Positions 13,946 to 27,960 of a DNA stretch of 64,000 bases are shown here, piece after piece; position 1 is the first letter of the stretch; each line of letters starts with the position of its first letter. The stretch lies in NCBI GenBank assembly GCA_951406725.2, contig OX597828.1, positions 46,748,001 through 46,812,000 on the forward strand, read 5' to 3'. Origin of the DNA: Octopus vulgaris (lineage: Eukaryota). The position numbers and the translations under genes were made by a program. Under the pieces are notes generated by a model that was given only the letters and a program-made list of their open reading frames with translations, did no database searches and was not told the origin of the DNA.

Positions 13946-14168
13946 CTCTTTTACCTCTTTTACCTCTTTTACTTGTTTCAATCATTTGACTGCGGCCATG
14001 CTGGAGCACCGCCTTTTAGTCGAGCAAATCGACCCCGGGACTAATTCTTTGTAAGCCCAGTACTTATTCTATCGGTCTCTTGTTGCCGAACCGCTAGGTG
14101 ACGGGGACGTAAACACACCAGCATCGGTTGTCAAGCAATGCTAGGGGGACAAATACAGACACACAAAC

Positions 14169-14199
<31 letters not shown>

Positions 14200-14368
14200 C
14201 ATATATACGACAGGCTTCTTTCAGTTTCTGTCTACCAAATCCACTCACAAGGCTTTGGTCAGCCCGAGGCTATAGCAGAAGACACTTGCCCAAGGTGCCA
14301 CGCAGTGGGATTGAACCCGGAACCATGTGGTTGGTTAGCAAGCTACTTACCACACAGCCACTCCTGCG

Positions 14369-14370
<2 letters not shown>
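13946..14370 (-). mobile_element. SINE family A, full length
   Basis: Near-identical reverse complement of 9437-9845. Confidence 0.9.
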
Positions 14371-14463
<93 letters not shown>

Positions 14464-14666
14464 TTGTTTTTATATATGTATGTATGTATGTATGCATGTA
14501 TGCATGTATGTATGACCATAGGTTGTTTTACTATGGAATCCTTGTGCTTAACATATATATGTATATACGTGTATGTATGTACGTATGTACATATATATAT
14601 ATATATATATATATTTATATGCATATAAAATCATGCATATTTGTATGTGTGTATGTATATATATAT

Positions 14667-14825
14667 ACATACATACATACATACATACATACACACATAC
14701 ATACACACATACATACACACATACATACATACATACAAACATACATACATACAAACATACATACATACATACATACATACAAACATACATACATACATAC
14801 ATACATACATACATACATACATACA

Positions 14826-14855
<30 letters not shown>
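14667..14855. repeat. (ATAC)n microsatellite
   Basis: Direct reading. Confidence 0.95.
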
Positions 14856-14858
<3 letters not shown>

Positions 14859-15303
14859 GCATATATACATACACAGACACACACAAACACACGTCGTCTT
14901 GAAAATTTCATGTGTCCTATTTACATTTCTCCCTATTTCCTTCTTTTGTGTTTGCGTTTCGCTGAAATTTTCTTTTCTCCTTTTGTTTACAAACTACCCA
15001 GTTGTCGAAAGCATTGTCATCAAGGTGAAATAGAATATAATACAACAGGCAAAAACACACCACAACCACCACCACCACCACACTAAAATTAACACTACCT
15101 ACCACCAACAGACAGGAACAATACACTAAGAAGTACGCATTAACAGTTCAAAAGTGAAATATATTAGTTGCTGTAAAGATGAAGCCGAGTGTAACGTTTC
15201 AAGCGGAACTTTTCGGAGGTGAGATGTTTTTTTCCTTTGTTAAATCTTTTTGTTTATGTTGGTGTTTCTATATTCAACCACCTACCTATCCATGCATACA
15301 TAC

Positions 15304-15346
<43 letters not shown>

Positions 15347-15871
15347 TGTGTGTGTGAGGCCGCTTTGTTATGGCTGGTCAGAGAGTGATCATTGGATTTG
15401 CACCTATAAAGCGCTCAGGTATATAAGCGACTCGTCAGCTTCAAATGGCCGGAGGCACATGACCTCTCTACAAGATGTTTATAGATGCTAAAACAATGGT
15501 CAGATTCTGACCGGTCATAACAATATAAAAAATATATTACTGCTGTAATTTAGAGTATATACTTATACAAATGAGCTTATATATTCTCTATTAAGCTAAT
15601 GTTAATGTGCCAATAAGGGATCGCCTTTGCGCTTCGCTATACCCCCAAACTAATCTTCAACCTATTACAAGGTTATCTAGTCAATTCATTGCTTCCACGC
15701 GAGGGCACCCCATTGAAGGGTTTTAATCGAACAAATAGAACCTAGGAGTTACTTTTTTGAAACCTAGTACTTAGTCTATCGGTCTCTTTGTTACGTGAAC
15801 GTAAACACACCAACAAGTGGTATTGAGGGAACAAACACTAAAACACAGATTTATATATGTATGTATGTATA

Positions 15872-16373
15872 TACGAGGGTGACTCAAAAAGTAATTCCAT
15901 TTTGTTTAGGACAGGTACAATTACCAACGCAGGAACATGTATCATACATCAAAATTAAGCTGGTCCTCTGTGGATCATATCCCTACTTCTCAACATAATC
16001 ACCGTTTCTCTCAATAGTAATGTTCCACTTTCGAATGAGAGCATGTATCCCTACCTCGTAAAATTCTGTTGACTGTTCTTTGAGCCATTTCTTCACTACA
16101 GTTTTCACTTCCTCGTCACTGGACTAGGCAAGCATTATTCCAGTGACGAGGAAGTGAAAACTGTAGTGAAGAAGTGGCTCAAAGAACAGTCAGCAGAACA
16201 TTACGGGGCAGGGATACATGTTCTCATTACTATTGAGAGAAACGGTGACTACGTGGAGAAGTAGAGATGTGATCCACAGAGGACCAGCTTCATTTTGACG
16301 TATGGTACATGATCCTGTGTTGGTAATTATACCTGTCCTAAACAAAATCACATTACTTTTCCACTCACTCTCG

Positions 16374-16375
<2 letters not shown>
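15872..16375. mobile_element. Fold-back mariner MITE built from two inverted transposase 3' ends
   Basis: TA-CGAGGG...CTCTCG-TA ends; arms 15872-16123 and 16139-16375 are reverse complements; right arm encodes [29 protein letters not shown]. Confidence 0.85.
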
Positions 16376-16415
<40 letters not shown>

Positions 16416-16416
16416 A

Positions 16417-16556
<140 letters not shown>

Positions 16557-16565
16557 TTGAATACA

Positions 16566-17402
16566 TACGAGGTATGATCCAGACGGCAACAAAGCTAAAC
16601 CACGTAAAGTAAAGCCACTTGGTACAGATTGATCTTGACTATTGCTCTGCATGCTCACTAAGTTCTACCGTACAAACTCACTTCTGTTGTTTACACCAGT
16701 CCTTGGAAGTAACGTGTGAAACTTGTGATCCTCTCATTGACCATGGTACAAAAAATTGTCATGGCGTTACCCGGCGTTACCTCAGAGGCCCGCGTAAAGT
16801 TACAGAACGTGTTTGGAGAGGAGTTTATGAATCGCACAAAAGTGTACTAGTGGTTCGTACGTTTTCAAGGTGGCCGAAAAATTATCGATAGTGACGAAGG
16901 TTCTGGGAGACCCGCAACCAGCAGATGTGCGAGCAGCTGTGAAGGGATATCGTCGAATCACCATCTGTAAGTTATCAGAGGATGTGCAAATTAGTTAAGT
17001 TTCAGTTCAGCCCATTATCATTGAAGATTTGGGTATCAATTGCGTATCTGCCAAGTTTGAACCAAAACTGCTTTCAACTGACCAAAAAGACACGCGAGTT
17101 TCTATTGCATAAGATCTCCTTGATTGTGTCGAAAACGCTGAAAACTTTTTGGAAACTTTGCGTAGGCCTCTTAGCAGGTATCGCCAAGCTTTTGGCAAAA
17201 TTTAATACATTTTATTACGTCATGGTCAATGCGACGATCACACGTTACACACATTAATTCCAAGCACTGCAGTAAACAGTAGAAGTGAGTAGAGCGTTAA
17301 CACTTAGTGTGCGTGCACAGCAAAGCTCAATATTAATTTTCACTCAGCGTGCTTTAGCTTGCTTATTATGTCAACAGCCCGGACACTTATTGATCAAACC
17401 AC

Positions 17403-17405
<3 letters not shown>
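16566..17405 (+). mobile_element. Internally deleted mariner element
   Basis: TACGAGG start, HTH remnant (WFVRF..GRKI..SDEGSGRPATSR), end CCGGACACTTATTGATCAAACCACG; homologous to 49455-50230. Confidence 0.75.
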
Positions 17406-17476
<71 letters not shown>

Positions 17477-17549
17477 TATAAGAAAAATAATTTATTTTTT
17501 AAATAAATATTGTTTAACACTATTTGTTTATTTATTTAACTATTATTCT

Positions 17550-17650
17550 TTACCTGAAGATTGACTATAATTTTAAATTGCATTCATTTCAATTAAATCT
17601 AAATTTAATTGTAATTCGAATTTAATTATAGTCATGAAACGTACGTAGTT
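17550..17650 (+). ncRNA. Type I hammerhead ribozyme motif with weak stem I
   Basis: CTGAAGA (17554-17560), stem II TGACTATAATT/AATTATAGTCA, GAAAC-GTAC-GTA (17636-17647) with palindromic stem III. Confidence 0.65.
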
Positions 17651-17807
17651 CTTTTTACATGTTATATATTGATTATTCCTTTTTATTCTTTTTCTAATCT
17701 AGTTATATGTTCTATAAAAATATTTTTTATTTGTTATTTATGTTTTGGTTTATGTCTATCACTGTTTGAATTGCATAATAGTGGTTTTAACTCTAATTTA
17801 TACATAC

Positions 17808-17873
<66 letters not shown>

Positions 17874-18183
17874 CGGTTGAATTAGTTACTTAAATTGTGA
17901 CAATTCGTTAGGTCGTAATAATATACATTATTATGTAAATATCAAACTTGGTGGATAAGTACCGGTCTAATGATATTCGTGCAGTGTATGAAGACAATTA
18001 GCCTCAGGTGAGTGAAGTTCATCACTTCATCTGACGAAAGCGGTTTCTTTACAAGGACGTAATATTTTCACTAATCAATTAAAGGAGTCGTTAGTAATGG
18101 CCGTAATGGGTTAACGCAAGTACATCTACTGTTACTAATTTATATATATGTATATATATATACATACATACAGACACACACAC

Positions 18184-18284
<101 letters not shown>

Positions 18285-18530
18285 TACATACATACAATTT
18301 ATTCCAAGCAGTCGATCCAACAATTCCTCCGTTATGAGGATACCTTTCTCTCTTCACTTCACAAGACTTGGAGGCGCTGTAAAGTGTCAGTGTCGCAGAC
18401 ACTCTTCTTTAGAGGGGTGAGTACATATGCGCATCAACACATCTACTCATCTACATACAAATATTTATGCAAACAGGCTGCCTACGAACGTATTCATGCA
18501 CACATGTACACAAACATACAAGCTAGTAGA

Positions 18531-18600
<70 letters not shown>

Positions 18601-19075
18601 AAAATATTATTGGTGAATTGAAGAAATGGAGCTGAACGCAGATTGAACAGAAATCGTTTTATTTCATTCTACACGTGTTTCGAAAGGCACAATTTACCAA
18701 TATCCGATTGATTAATGGGACCATATTGTGTCTTTCTCTTCAGGAAGAAAATAGGAAATCCGTTGGAAAAAACAAAAACAGAACAGAGGCGGAGCAAAAA
18801 CAAATCGGACTAGGCTCCTAAGAGCCCATGGCGAAACTGTTTATCAGTGTATGTTGAGAACCGGAGCCACGATTTCTGTTCAATCTTCGTTCAGCTCCAT
18901 TTCTTCAATTCACCAATAATATTTTAATTTCAATTATCCGCACCAACGCACGGTTGCAACACCATATGGTTGTACCTCCAACCGTGCTGTTTACTGCTGT
19001 GATTTTTGCTACTAAGGTATCGGTTAAACTTTTGATTAATCTACTACAAGATTATTCATCTTTCTATTTCACATA
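18601..19075. mobile_element. Non-coding PLE terminal element with inverted terminus and HHR
   Basis: 18601-18657 is the inverted repeat of 18869-18925; (TA)n on both sides. Confidence 0.75.
18660..18753 (-). ncRNA. Type I hammerhead ribozyme, apparently intact core
   Basis: UAUUUUCUUC-CUGAAGA-GAAAGACACAAU...AUUGUGCCUUUC-GAAAC-ACGU-GUA-GAAUGAAAUA; all core nucleotides and three stems present. Confidence 0.85.
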
Positions 19076-19268
19076 ATATATATATATATATAGTTTTGTT
19101 ATATTCTGTTAAGAACGTAGTAGAGTACAGAATAAAGCTCGTCCACATTCATATTCCACCTGGTGCTATCCAGTACTCGCATGATAAGTACTTTCATAAT
19201 GCAGGGAATTTCATATTGCAAATAAAGTTCTAAACGTATTCCTTCTTGTTGTCGCCGCTTTATTCAAT

Positions 19269-19324
<56 letters not shown>

Positions 19325-19769
19325 TGTGTGTGTATGCATGTATGTATGTATAAAAAATATATATAAAAATACAAAAGAACGCAAAACATTCAAATAGATG
19401 ACATAAAAAACGGACGGGTCATTCGAAGCCTCTAATCTTCAGTCAAGAACCGGATCATCCTCGCAATTTCAGCTGATTAATATAGTATATATATATACTA
19501 GGACTCCTACAAAATGAACCGATAATTTCATTTGTTGTATGTTCCACTATTTTCCCAATCTATTATCTTTACTTCGTTTCTTAAGAGTGTCTATAGTAAA
19601 GGCTATTGTATGCTAGGCGTCATTGAGAAGTTTGTGGGGGCAGTGCATTTTGCAGGATAAATCCTCATCAAATTGTTGAAGTGACTCTTGAAGAGGAAAT
19701 TGAGGCGAGAGTGAGGTGCTGTATGCGAAAACGTGTTCTAGTGAGAAAGTGTATATATGAGAGAAAGAT

Positions 19770-20150
19770 GGAGGCGCAATGGCCCAGTGGTTAGGGCAGC
19801 GGACTCGCGGTCGTAGGATCGCGGTTTCGATTCCCAGACTGGGCGTTGTGAGTGTTTATTGAGCGAAAACACCTAAAGCTCCACGAGGCTCCGGCAGGGG
19901 ATGGTGGTGATCCCTGCTGTACTCTTTCACCACAACATTCTCTCACTCTTACTTCCTGTTTCTGTTGTACCTGTATTTCAAAGGGCCGGCCTTGTCACTC
20001 TCTGTGTCACGCTGAATATCCTAGAGAACTACGTTAAGGGTACACGTGTCTGTGGAGTGCTCAGCCACTTACACGTTAATTTCACGAGCAGACTGTTCCG
20101 TTGATCGGATCAACCGGAACCCTCGTCGTCGTAACCGACGGAGTGCTTCC
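19770..20150 (+). mobile_element. tRNA-derived SINE family B, full length, tail 1
   Basis: A box TGGCCCAGTGG, B box GGTTTCGATTCC; target-site duplication ATATGAG(A/T)GAAAG at 19755-19767 and 20153-20165. Confidence 0.9.
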
Positions 20151-20567
20151 ACATATGAGTGAAAGGTATGGCTCTCCAGTGAAATTTATGAAAGATGAGT
20201 GAACGTAATATGATTGGTGTTGCTATATAAACCTACATTAACTATGAAGAGGAAGTCCAGAGGCAAAACCTGGGAGAATAAATTTGCCTTCGGCTCATGA
20301 CAGTAATCGGGCATTGTATGAAGAGTGCTCCGAATTAACCTGAGTGGTTGCCTCGCCCACCATTTTGGGATATCCTTAAGTGTTATTTTCATCCATTGTC
20401 ATTTCTTATTCATTTCTTAATTAGTTTATTAAGGTGTCTATTGTTATTCCTCATCACACCAGTTTAATCCAGGTAAACACCCCCACCACTATATTTACCT
20501 GTAGCTTTCTTATTTCTTCTTGGCACAGTCCCCATCGTGTTGGGCTCTTGTGGCCCAAAAAGCAAAC

Positions 20568-20576
20568 ATTATTATT

Positions 20577-20650
<74 letters not shown>

Positions 20651-20719
20651 CTTTATCATTATTATTATTATCATTAGTATTATTATTATCATTATTACTT
20701 TTTTCTTCTTTCATTATTA

Positions 20720-20783
<64 letters not shown>

Positions 20784-20827
20784 CATTATTATTATTACTA
20801 TTGTTATTATCGTTATTATCATTATTA

Positions 20828-20895
<68 letters not shown>

Positions 20896-20945
20896 GTTAT
20901 TATTATTATTAGTTTTATTATATTAATATAATTATTATTATTAAT
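20568..20945. repeat. (ATT)n microsatellite
   Basis: Direct reading. Confidence 0.95.
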
Positions 20946-21437
20946 TTGTAATTTTCATTACCAAAACCCACCCATCATCATTATTATTACTTTTTTATTA
21001 ATTCGTCTTGTCTAAGTCACAAAAGCTATGATTAAGTATTTGTCTAGTTATTGTTATTCCCCGTGTTTATATTGTAGTTTTTTGATGTCTGTCTGTGTCA
21101 ATAACCGACTGCCAAAGACGTCGAGACGAAGGAAGGAGAGAGAACGGAAAGGCCAAGAGAACGGGGAGTACAGAAAGCTAAGGTGTGGCGGAGTGAGGAC
21201 AAGCTTCTGTCGTGGAAGGGGGCAGTGACGTTCACTCTTGTACTTGTACGTATACCTTATATTTATGCTGTTATTAAATTGTCATTTCCTCTCCAGACCA
21301 AAATTGGTACTCATTATCTCATCTTCCACGTTATTTTCGTCTTATTCAACATACACACACATACATACATACATATTTCTGTTAGGAGATATACATACAT
21401 ATATAGACAACACATGCATATGTGTGTATATATACAT

Positions 21438-21507
<70 letters not shown>

Positions 21508-21523
21508 CTATATCTATATATAT

Positions 21524-21557
<34 letters not shown>

Positions 21558-21583
21558 CATACACTTAGATACATGCATCTCTT

Positions 21584-21624
<41 letters not shown>

Positions 21625-21639
21625 TTCAATATGTGACCA

Positions 21640-21830
21640 CGTATGTATCGTTTGCGATTTTCTTTCTCCGTCTTCCCTTCTTTGGACTTTTTCTATATTA
21701 CTGAAGAGGAGCTTCGCTCGAAATGTGAAGCCCCCTGTCTTGTCTTTCCTTTCCCGAGCGTTCAATAACACAGTGCTTGTTCCATGTTCTTTCTTTGGTG
21801 TTTTTTCTTCCTTGTTCTTGTTTGGATTGA
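21640..21830 (+). mobile_element. PLE-type terminal fragment (family P2) with minimal HHR-like core
   Basis: CTGAAGA-G-GAGC-TTC-GCTC-GAAATGTG at 21701-21727; homologous to the reverse complement of 54466-54670. Confidence 0.55.
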
Positions 21831-22530
21831 CTACATATACACATATATGCATGCACACATATATATGTGCACATTCATATATACGAATGAATGTGTGTAT
21901 TTAGGTATGTATTTATGCAATCTAACTATTTACAGGTTTCAGTCCTTGGACAGTTCCCAATGCTGGAATCTTTCTCTTCAAGGGTTAAATCAATCATAAT
22001 CTATGTAATCGAATTTTTACTTTGTACTTTTTGGCATAAAAATTATTTCAAATAAGTCACAAGCGTGTGTGTATGTGTGTGTGTGTGTGCACACGCATAC
22101 ACACACACACGGACACACACATACACAAGCCCTCACACATATACACGCACGCGCACACTTGCACACGTACACACATACATAATATGTATATGTACGTATG
22201 TATATGTATATATAGGAATATATGTATGTATAGACATGAATGTATGTTTGTGTTTGTGTGGTGGGAGTATGCGTTTGTGTATGTATATATCTATATATAT
22301 ATTCATGTGTGTATGTATATGTATATCAATCTAACTATCTGCTTATCTATGTATCTATCTATCTCTCTATCTATATAAATATATGATTTGAAAACCCCAC
22401 TGGAATGGGAGAAAGCGCTAATAATCTGAATGATATGATCTGACTGATATGATATATATATGTAAAAAATGTAATATATAAATAAATATCTATAGATATG
22501 AACCATCCGATCTTCTGATTACCTCATTTC

Positions 22531-22570
<40 letters not shown>

Positions 22571-22594
22571 TATATATATATATATATATATAGG

Positions 22595-22770
22595 GAGAGT
22601 TCACTAAAAAACAAAAGACGATGACAGGTGATGTACAAAACAAACAGATGTATTTGTATAAAGCTCAGGAACTGAAAATGTCTTTTGCGTTTCGCGCCTA
22701 CGCTCTTCTACAGAAAGGGCCACGGAAAAAAAAAACAAGGAAAGAAACAAGGAGAGAAAAAAAGTGTGTA
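22595..22770 (-). mobile_element. PLE-type terminal fragment (family P2 variant)
   Basis: Minus strand CTGTAGA-A-GAGCGTAGGCGC-GAAACGC; homologous to 62680-62790. Confidence 0.5.
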
Positions 22771-22799
22771 GTGGCTACCGCTCTATCATACATATATAT

Positions 22800-22910
22800 A
22801 TGTATGTATGTATGTATGTATATATGTATGTATGTAAGTATGTATGTATGTATGTATGTATGTATGTATGCATGTATGTATGTGTGTATGTATGTATGTA
22901 CGTATGTAAG

Positions 22911-22941
<31 letters not shown>

Positions 22942-23034
22942 GTATGTATGTATGTATGTATGTATGTATGTATGTGTGTATGTATGTATGTATGTATGTA
23001 TGTATGTGTGTATGTATGTATGTATGTATGTAAG

Positions 23035-23065
<31 letters not shown>

Positions 23066-23102
23066 GTATGTATGTATGTATGTATGTATGTATGTATGTA
23101 TG

Positions 23103-23133
<31 letters not shown>

Positions 23134-23245
23134 GTATGTATGTATGTATGTATGTATGTATGTATGTATGCATGTATGTATGTATGTATGTATGTATGTA
23201 TGTGTGTATGTATGTATGCATGTATGTATGTGTGTATGTATGTAT
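22800..23245. repeat. (ATGT)n microsatellite
   Basis: Direct reading. Confidence 0.95.
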
Positions 23246-23719
23246 ATATAAGTCCTGGGGTCGATTTGTTCGGTTAAAGGCAGTGATACAGCATGGCCGC
23301 AGTCAAATGACCGAAACAAGTAAAAGAATATATATATATATGAGTGAGAAAAAGAAAGTACTATAAGATATGGATTCAAAGAATTCTGTTGCTCTCACAG
23401 TAAACCCCTGTGAGAGACTCGGCTATCAGTTCACGAATTTATCAATTACAAAGTAGTGTAATGCAAAGTATCCTAGGAACTGATAAACTTATAAAAATCC
23501 AGGCCACAAAATAAGTGATTAAATAAATGTATACTCACCTTTCACAACCCCAGACCTCATGTTTTCATATACACGCTCACACATTCGAACAGCTATGATA
23601 CAGAAGGTATGAAATGCATCTCAAACTAGAGTCACGTCATAGAGTTTTTAGGTAGGTTAAAATCATAATTGAAAACATTCATTTAAAATAGTAATAAGAA
23701 CAAGTAAAACCAGAAGAAT

Positions 23720-24308
<589 letters not shown>

Positions 24309-24640
24309 AAGTTTGTCTTCATTACATTTTGTTTATATTTCTTGCCGAATGTCTCTCCGACACCCAGGGGAAAAAAACTTATTGTATACGTTGATACGCC
24401 ATTAAAATAAACACCAGAAAGTTCATTTACAAAAGCCAATGAAGTTATATAGAAAAAAGTTATTTACATGGATAGTAATCGGTCTCACATGGACGATTCT
24501 CTTCTCAATTCGTGTGACATATCACTTAAAAAATATCTTTTGCACTTCTTGGAAGTGTGCTAAGCCAAAGACTTTTTAAAGATAACTTTCAGTTCCTTTT
24601 GTCATAATTCTTCATGCTGCTACTATCACTGGTGTTGTAA

Positions 24641-24877
24641 GGCGGCGAGCTGGCAGAAACGTTAGCACGCCGGGCGAAATACTTAGCAGTATTTCGTCTG
24701 ACGTTACGTTCTGAGTTCAAATTCCGCCGAGGTCGATTTTGCCTTTCATCCTTTCGGGGTCGATTAAATAAGTACCAGTTACGCACTGGAGTCGATATAA
24801 TCAACTTAATCCGTTTGTCTGTCCTTGTTTGTCCCTCTCTGTGTTTATCTCCTTGTGGGTAGTAAAGAAATAGGTAT
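24641..24877 (+). mobile_element. tRNA-derived SINE family C, full length
   Basis: GGCGGCGAGCTGGCAGAAACGTTAGC...GAGTTCAAATTCC...GTAAAGAAATA; copies at 60786, 51975 and 30841. Confidence 0.9.
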
Positions 24878-25132
24878 TGTAACCTTTTGTGATGTCACAC
24901 TTTTTTCGATTTTAATAAGCAAAACTTTATATTTTCTGAGCTTCTTTTGCCGAGATACTATGACCACAAAGAATATTCATGTCGATCAAATAAACAGACT
25001 TTATTATTTTCGTCTTTTGCATAAATATCTGGTTTATTAGCTTTGATTGTTCAGAATGTTCTCGAAAGTCCCAAAAGAACCATTACATTTTTTCCATCTG
25101 TTATAGTCTCAGAGTGATGCTTGTACCACTTG

Positions 25133-25487
25133 TTGGATGGAACCTACACGCGCCTCCTTATGAGAGCTCAAAATCTCTCGTAGAAGCGCCATCCAACCAA
25201 AATGCAAATATATGGGAAACTACCACCTGTGTCGTCTCTTGTGAAAAGTAGGAGAGTCCAGTTTGCTGGACATTGTTGTAGAGCTGAAAAAGAGGTAATT
25301 TCTCCTCTTCTCCTCTGGAAGCCATCAACTCGCAATACCAGAGGGCGCACACTCTCCTACCTTGATGTAATCTCCAGGGATACAGGCATCCATCAACAGG
25401 ACCTCCGTAATGCCATGATGGACCGTGAAGTCTGGCGTAGCATGGTAAATTCCATTGTCCCGACCACGGTCGAACAATGATGATGAC
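25133..25487 (+). mobile_element. 3' end of an RTE-clade LINE
   Basis: LDGTYTRLLMRAQNLS..RRVQFAGHCCR..AMMDREVWR, then a (TGA)n tail. Confidence 0.8.
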
Positions 25488-25609
25488 TTGTCAACAGTTA
25501 TTATTTTATAATGCTGACATACTAACCATCGTAGATATTGACCAAATCTGTCATATCTTGATTTATGCTCTACTGGTACTTAAAACTTTAAGTGGTCTAC
25601 TGTTTCAAT

Positions 25610-26594
25610 CTCATCACAACCAAGCTCTTCGATCTTCTGTGATGTGATCTTTGCAGTGTGGGGGTCACGCATTGTCCTAATGAAACATTACTCCTTTTCG
25701 AGTCACTAAAGCGGGTCTTTTTCCTTCAAAGCTTGGTTCAAACGCTCTAATTGCTGACAGTAGACTTGAGCATTGATTGTTGCATTAGGTAGTAACAACT
25801 CAGAGTGAATTACTCCTTTGCAATCCCACCAGATAGAGAGAAGAACCTTTTTTCCTTGAAGTTCCCTTCTTGGTTGTCTTTGAGCATATTTCCTTTTACC
25901 AAGCCACTGTTTACGGCGTTTGACGTTAGATAGAAGATCCATTTTTCTTCACCAGTTACAAGTTTATCCAAAAAGGGTGAAATGAGTTCGCGAGAATGGA
26001 GAAAAGAGCAGACACCAACTCAGCATTTGCGGTTGCTTTCGGATAATTCAGGAGGCACCCATTTTCCAAGCTTAGGAACTTTTCGAAGTTGTTGAAGATG
26101 ACGATAAACAGTTGTATTGTTTGAACTAAGCCTTATTCCAAATTCTTCAACTGATAATGCTGGATTTTCTTCAAGTGATTCCTCAAAGAGCTTTTCATCA
26201 AACTCAACTGGACGACCTGTTCGATCTTCATCCTCAAGGCTGAAATCTCGAATTCTGAATTTTGCAAACCACCTTCTGCAAGTTCTTTCATTCAAGCATT
26301 CTTTCCCATATACTGAGTGTATGTTTCGAGTCGCTTCGGCTGCAGAGTTTCCTTTTTTGTACCCAGAAAACATTATGTGACTCAAATGCTCTTTGGATAC
26401 TTCCATATTGAAAGGGTTTTAATCAAAGAAATTTTAATTCTATTATTCTGTAAAATAATATTTAATTAGTTTAAATGTACACAAATGCATAAAAATAATG
26501 TTTTAATTCCATTAGACATTCTAAAATATTATTAAATCTCATTCAATTTTAAGAAAAAGGTAAAATCGGGCAGAACGTTTGGGATGACCTGATA
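25610..26594 (-). mobile_element. Mariner (Mos1/Hsmar-like) transposon, broken transposase, 3'-truncated
   Basis: HTH region (AAEATRNI..RRWFAKF..EDEDRTGRP), WVPxEL motif, VTGEEKW, KVLLSIWWD; TIR TATCAGGTCATCCCAAACG at the 5' end. Confidence 0.9.
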
Positions 26595-26638
26595 CGTATG
26601 TATATATATATATAAGTGTATCTATGTATGTAAGTATG

Positions 26639-26719
<81 letters not shown>

Positions 26720-27652
26720 ATATATATGTATATATATATATATATATGCATTTATATAAAGGTTTGTGTAGTTGAGATTGTGTATTGTGATACTCACAAA
26801 CGCGCACACGCACACGCTCATACACACATGCACGTATACACACACATGCGCGCAAACACATTCGCACCCACTCACCACTATATATAAGTACATGAACGTA
26901 TGTATCTATACCCGATATTTTCCTTTTTTTTTTCAGTTTTTTTTATTTTAGTCCCTACTTTACTTTTGTAATTTTCACCTTTGCCTTCTTTTATTTCTTC
27001 TTTTTTTTTTAAAGAATCTATTTGAGGCTTTTGTCTGATTATGGGTTTTTTCTGAGTAATCGCTGTGTAACCTTTGACCTCGTCACAGATACCAGTCACT
27101 TCCTTCGGAAACTCTCTGATAACGACTTCTATATATAGGAGCGAAACAATTCGTTTGTCTTTTTGACTTGGCCTTGTTTCTTTCTCTTTTTGCTGTTGAT
27201 TGTTGTTGTTATTATTACTGTTGTTGTTTCTGTTGTTATTGTTGTTGTTGTTGTTGTTTGACATATCTGACACAGCGTTTATATTTTCCGTTGTTTATTC
27301 TTGTACAATTAAGAAGGCAGATGAAGGTAAAAGTAGAAGTCTAACCTGTATGGGTTTTTTTTATTCTCCCATTTTTATATCTTATTTTGTTCTATATTAT
27401 GTATTTATTTATATATTTATTTATTTATTTATTTGTATTCCTATTTTCCTGTTCTACTTCCGCTGGTGCTACTTTTGTCTTCCCTCCTTCCGGAAACGAC
27501 AAATTAAATACCTGTCATTTACTGAGGTCGTAGAAATTGACTGACATTCACCTACCTTTTTTCTACAATGAATAAAACCTCATGTCAACTTATCAAATGT
27601 AACACAAACTAATAATTTTACTTGAATTTATAGCTGGAACCTATAACACATG

Positions 27653-27960
27653 TGAAGGCATAATGGCTCAGTGGTTAGGGCAGCGGACTCGCGGTTGGAG
27701 GATCACGGTTTCGATTCCCAGACCGGGCGTTGTGTGTGTTTATTGAATGAAAACACCTAAAAGCTCCACGAGGCTCAGGTAGGGGGTGGTGGCGACCCCT
27801 GTTGTACTCTTTCGCCCCAACTTTCTCTCACTCTCTCTTCCTGTTTCTTGAGTAACGCTGCGTAGGACTGGCATCCGTCCAGCTGGAGGGGGGACACATA
27901 CGCCACAGAAACCGGGAAACCAGGGCCATGAGCTTGGCTAGGCTTGAAAAGGGCGAAAAA
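27653..27960 (+). mobile_element. SINE family B head with tail 2
   Basis: Head as at 19770; tail AGTAACGCTGCG..GTCCAGCTGG..GAAACCGGGAAACC..AAAAGGGCG is shared with 50392-50480. Confidence 0.85.

Noticed and set aside
17960-18050. Hairpin followed by GAAAGCGGT as a possible hammerhead
   Set aside because: No CUGANGA box adjacent to the stem.
19770-19845. tRNA genes at SINE heads (also 9437, 24641, 57504)
   Set aside because: A/B boxes are present but there is no acceptor stem, and each runs into a SINE body.
23380-23430. Hairpin TCTCACAG/CTGTGAGA with CTGATAG on the minus strand
   Set aside because: GAAA box is missing; too degenerate to call.
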